From Syncephalis fuscata S228 (Eukaryota; Fungi; Zoopagomycota): a DNA stretch of 64,000 bases. Under the pieces are notes generated by a model that saw nothing but the letters and a program-made list of their open reading frames with translations, was not told the origin of the DNA and did no database searches. Positions 61,522 to 64,000 of this stretch are shown here, one piece after another (within the stretch, counting starts at the first letter, position 1; each line of letters starts with the position of its first letter). The position numbers and the translations under genes are program-made. The stretch spans positions 186,001 through 250,000 of the forward strand of contig JAHLTZ010000033.1 of assembly GCA_025786725.1 (NCBI GenBank). The letters are read 5' to 3'.

Positions 61522-62742
61522 ATGGATTTTTTAAAGAAAGGTATGGATGTTTTGTTAATATTAATATTGGCTATACTAATCTACATTGTAATATAGCCGC
61601 CCAAGTTGTAGGAGATGAATTGAATAAGCAGCAGCAAAATTCTGGCGGCAATCGCCGCGATGATGACTACGATAGCCGCCATGGCAATAATAGTAATCAA
61701 GGTCATAGCAGTGGTCAACAGTCTGGCCGTAAAAATGACGACTATGATGACAATCGTAACTCATCATCTGGTCGCAGAAATGATTATGATGATAATCGTA
61801 ACTCATCGTCTAGTCGCAGAAATGATTATGATGATAATCGTAACTCATCGTCTAGCCGTAGAAACGATGATTCTGATGATAATCGTAACTCATCATCTGG
61901 TCGCAGAAATGATTATGATGATAATCGTAACTCATCGTCTAGCCGTAGAAACGATGATTATGATGATAATCGTAACTCATCATCTGGTCGCAGAAATGAT
62001 GATAATGATGATAGCCGTCATTCTTCTCGTCGCAACGATGACGATGATCGCAATAATAATAGTAGCAGCAGCTATGGCCACCGCAATGACGAATATGATG
62101 TTGATAAAGTGGCTCGTCACGGCATGGATGCTGCCAACTCTGAAGATAGAAGTCTATTTTCAAGTGCACTTGGCATGGCTCAACAAAAACTAAGTGGCGG
62201 TGGCGGCAAACAACAGCAACATACGGAAGAAGAAACCAATATGATGCAAAAAGCGTACAAAATGTTTTACGGCGGAGGTAGCAACAACAATAATAACGAT
62301 GATGATAGGCCAGTAAGTAATTAATCTTTAATTATAATACACATTATTTAATAGTAATACAGAGCTCTAGCAGTGGCGGCGGTATGGGCAGTAATATGCT
62401 AGGTATGGCTGCTGCCATGCAAGCTATGAAGCTATTCAACCAAGGAGGCAACCAAGGAGGCAGCCAAGGTCTAGTAGGATCAGCTATGGGCGAGGCATTG
62501 AAGCTGTATGGCCGATTTGGTAAGTACTAGCACATACTATGATGGTTATATTTATAATCTAACGACACTATGAATTAGGTAACAAGGTCGAAGGAAATCA
62601 AACCGATGCTATGTCTTCTGCAGCCATGACTGTAATGAAGCTGATGGGAGGTGGCGGTGGCGGTAACAACAACAGCAACAATAGCAGCAGTGGCGGACTA
62701 GCTAGCATGATTCCACAAAATCTTTTGTCTAAATTGTTCTAA
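61522..62742 (+). CDS. Fungal Gly/Asn-rich hypothetical protein with internal tandem repeats, 4 exons
   Basis: ATG GAT TTT TTA AAG AAA G|GT; EDRSLFSSALGMA, AYKMFYG, GMAAAMQAMKLF, GSAMGEALKLY motifs; stop TAA at 62740-62742. Confidence 0.72.
61733..62012 (+). repeat. Coding minisatellite, about 6-7 units of 39/42 nt (ND(D)YDDNRNSSS(G/S)RR)
   Basis: Repeated GATTATGATGATAATCGTAACTCATC(A/G)TCT(G/A)G(T/C)CG(C/T)AGAAA(T/C). Confidence 0.92.
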
Positions 62743-62873
62743 TGTCATTTTTATGCCAATGAATACTTGTAAATACGGACCATTTCAAATAAAATCCGTG
62801 TTATTATGGCTTAAAAACAATGAAAATTTATTATTTCAAAATCAGCTATACGCTAATCTAGCTATTTAAACAT

Positions 62874-64000
<1,127 letters not shown>

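Noticed and set aside
61733-62012. CRISPR-like array
   Set aside because: The units are contiguous without unique spacers, preserve the reading frame and lie inside a spliced eukaryotic gene.
61660-62193. 177-aa Met/Ile-rich ORF
   Set aside because: Alternative frame of the coding minisatellite; splicing supports the Asp/Asn/Ser/Arg frame.

Overview
AT-rich eukaryotic (fungal) genomic DNA with many short (about 40-85 nt) spliceosomal introns. The gene set and intron style fit an early-diverging fungus, possibly a zoopagalean mycoparasite such as Syncephalis (inference only). Conserved genes are: dienelactone hydrolase, RBR E3 ligase, two MINPP/phytase-type phosphatases, alpha-arrestin, PAC3, BOS1, PheRS alpha, MED20, an acyltransferase, HIBCH, BRAP2/ETP1, an FHA kinase and MET17. 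They are interleaved with an expanding and decaying family of intronless F-box-like genes, two orphan multi-pass receptor-like genes, a secreted pseudo-subtilase and a GPI-anchored protein. The two best finds are essentially absent from the ORF track. (1) A decayed, intron-containing Fanzor (eukaryotic TnpB-family RNA-guided nuclease) C-terminal fragment at 12761-13189 (-), followed on the same strand by a G.U-rich stem-loop region that is a candidate omegaRNA scaffold. (2) A four-exon nuclear gene at 25776-26604 (-) encoding a bacterial-type RNase P protein (RnpA) with an N-terminal extension, probably serving mitochondrial RNase P. All family assignments come from motif recognition by eye; no searches were run.
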